Assembly (NCBI GenBank): GCA_045106895.1 | Contig: JBGCFM010000194.1 | Location: 1 to 48,148 of the forward strand | Length of the DNA: 48,148 bases | From: Polyangiales bacterium | GTDB lineage: Bacteria > Myxococcota_A > Polyangia > Polyangiales > Houyiibacteriaceae | Direction of reading: 5' to 3' | Shown here: in pieces, positions 47,883 through 48,148 of the stretch | How positions within the stretch are numbered: the first letter of the stretch is position 1 | How the letters are laid out: each line of letters begins with the position of its first letter | Notes under the pieces: model-generated | Told to the model about the DNA's origin: nothing | What the model saw: the letters and a program-made list of their open reading frames with translations, nothing else | Databases searched by the model: none | Program-made: the position numbers and the translations under genes

Positions 47883-48148
47883 CTGAGCGAGCGGTTCTGG
47901 GTGGGCACGCGTGCGCCCAAGGCCATTCGGCCTGCTTTGAGTCGCCGCCCCAGCGACGACTCAAGGTCTCTCCCGTCGATGCCTACCTCCATCGCGCATG
48001 GAGCTTTGAGGAGCCCTGACATGCATGGAGAGTCACAACGCGAGAGATGAAAGTCATGAGTAGTCGCTCCTCCGTTTTGGGAGAGACGGCCTCGACGCCT
48101 TGGGCGCACGCGTGCCCACCCAGAACCTTCGTACGGTTCAAACCGCCG
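47883..48148. repeat. Structured non-coding repeat, copy 2 (reaches window end)
   Basis: Perfect 31-bp inverted arms 47893..47923 and 48097..48127; 437-bp offset from copy 1. Confidence 0.85.

Noticed and set aside
47418..48148. CRISPR array, tRNA or protein-coding interpretation of the terminal repeats
   Set aside because: Units are ~270 nt with inverted arms rather than short direct repeats with spacers, and no cas genes are present. GGTTCAAACC is only T-loop-like with no cloverleaf. The overlapping short ORFs do not keep a conserved frame between copies.

Overview
GC-rich bacterial window, probably from a myxobacterium (Myxococcota, Polyangiales/Sandaracinaceae-like). This is inferred from the many Cys-anchored lipoproteins with Asp-Ala-Gly linkers, the Hanks-type kinases with a TPR/PEGA partner and the fimU-pilVWX-pilY1 cluster. 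Contents in order: (1) a giant secreted FG-GAP/ASPIC-UnbV/thrombospondin-3-repeat protein that runs off the left edge and is missing from the ORF track; (2) a toxin-less immunity-like cluster (SUKH-HEAT protein, ADP-ribosylglycohydrolase, SMI1/KNR4, DUF4177) with an attC-like hairpin; (3) scattered housekeeping genes (Smr, cysQ, thioesterase, murB, trmJ, fdhD, msrA); (4) two Ser/Thr-kinase plus modular-lipoprotein loci, one with a divergent double-wHTH regulator and flanked by two pectate-lyase-like lipoproteins; (5) an out-of-frame epimerase/methyltransferase deletion scar; (6) a type IV minor pilin/PilY1 operon; (7) a degenerate Lgt; and (8) at the right edge, two tandem copies of a highly structured ~270-nt non-coding element (REP-doublet-like or ncRNA). 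At least 11 genes carry a TANNNT box 6-7 nt before the start codon, suggesting widespread leaderless transcription. I saw no tRNA, rRNA, CRISPR array, transposase, integrase or reverse transcriptase. All family assignments are by eye from motifs; no database search was run.
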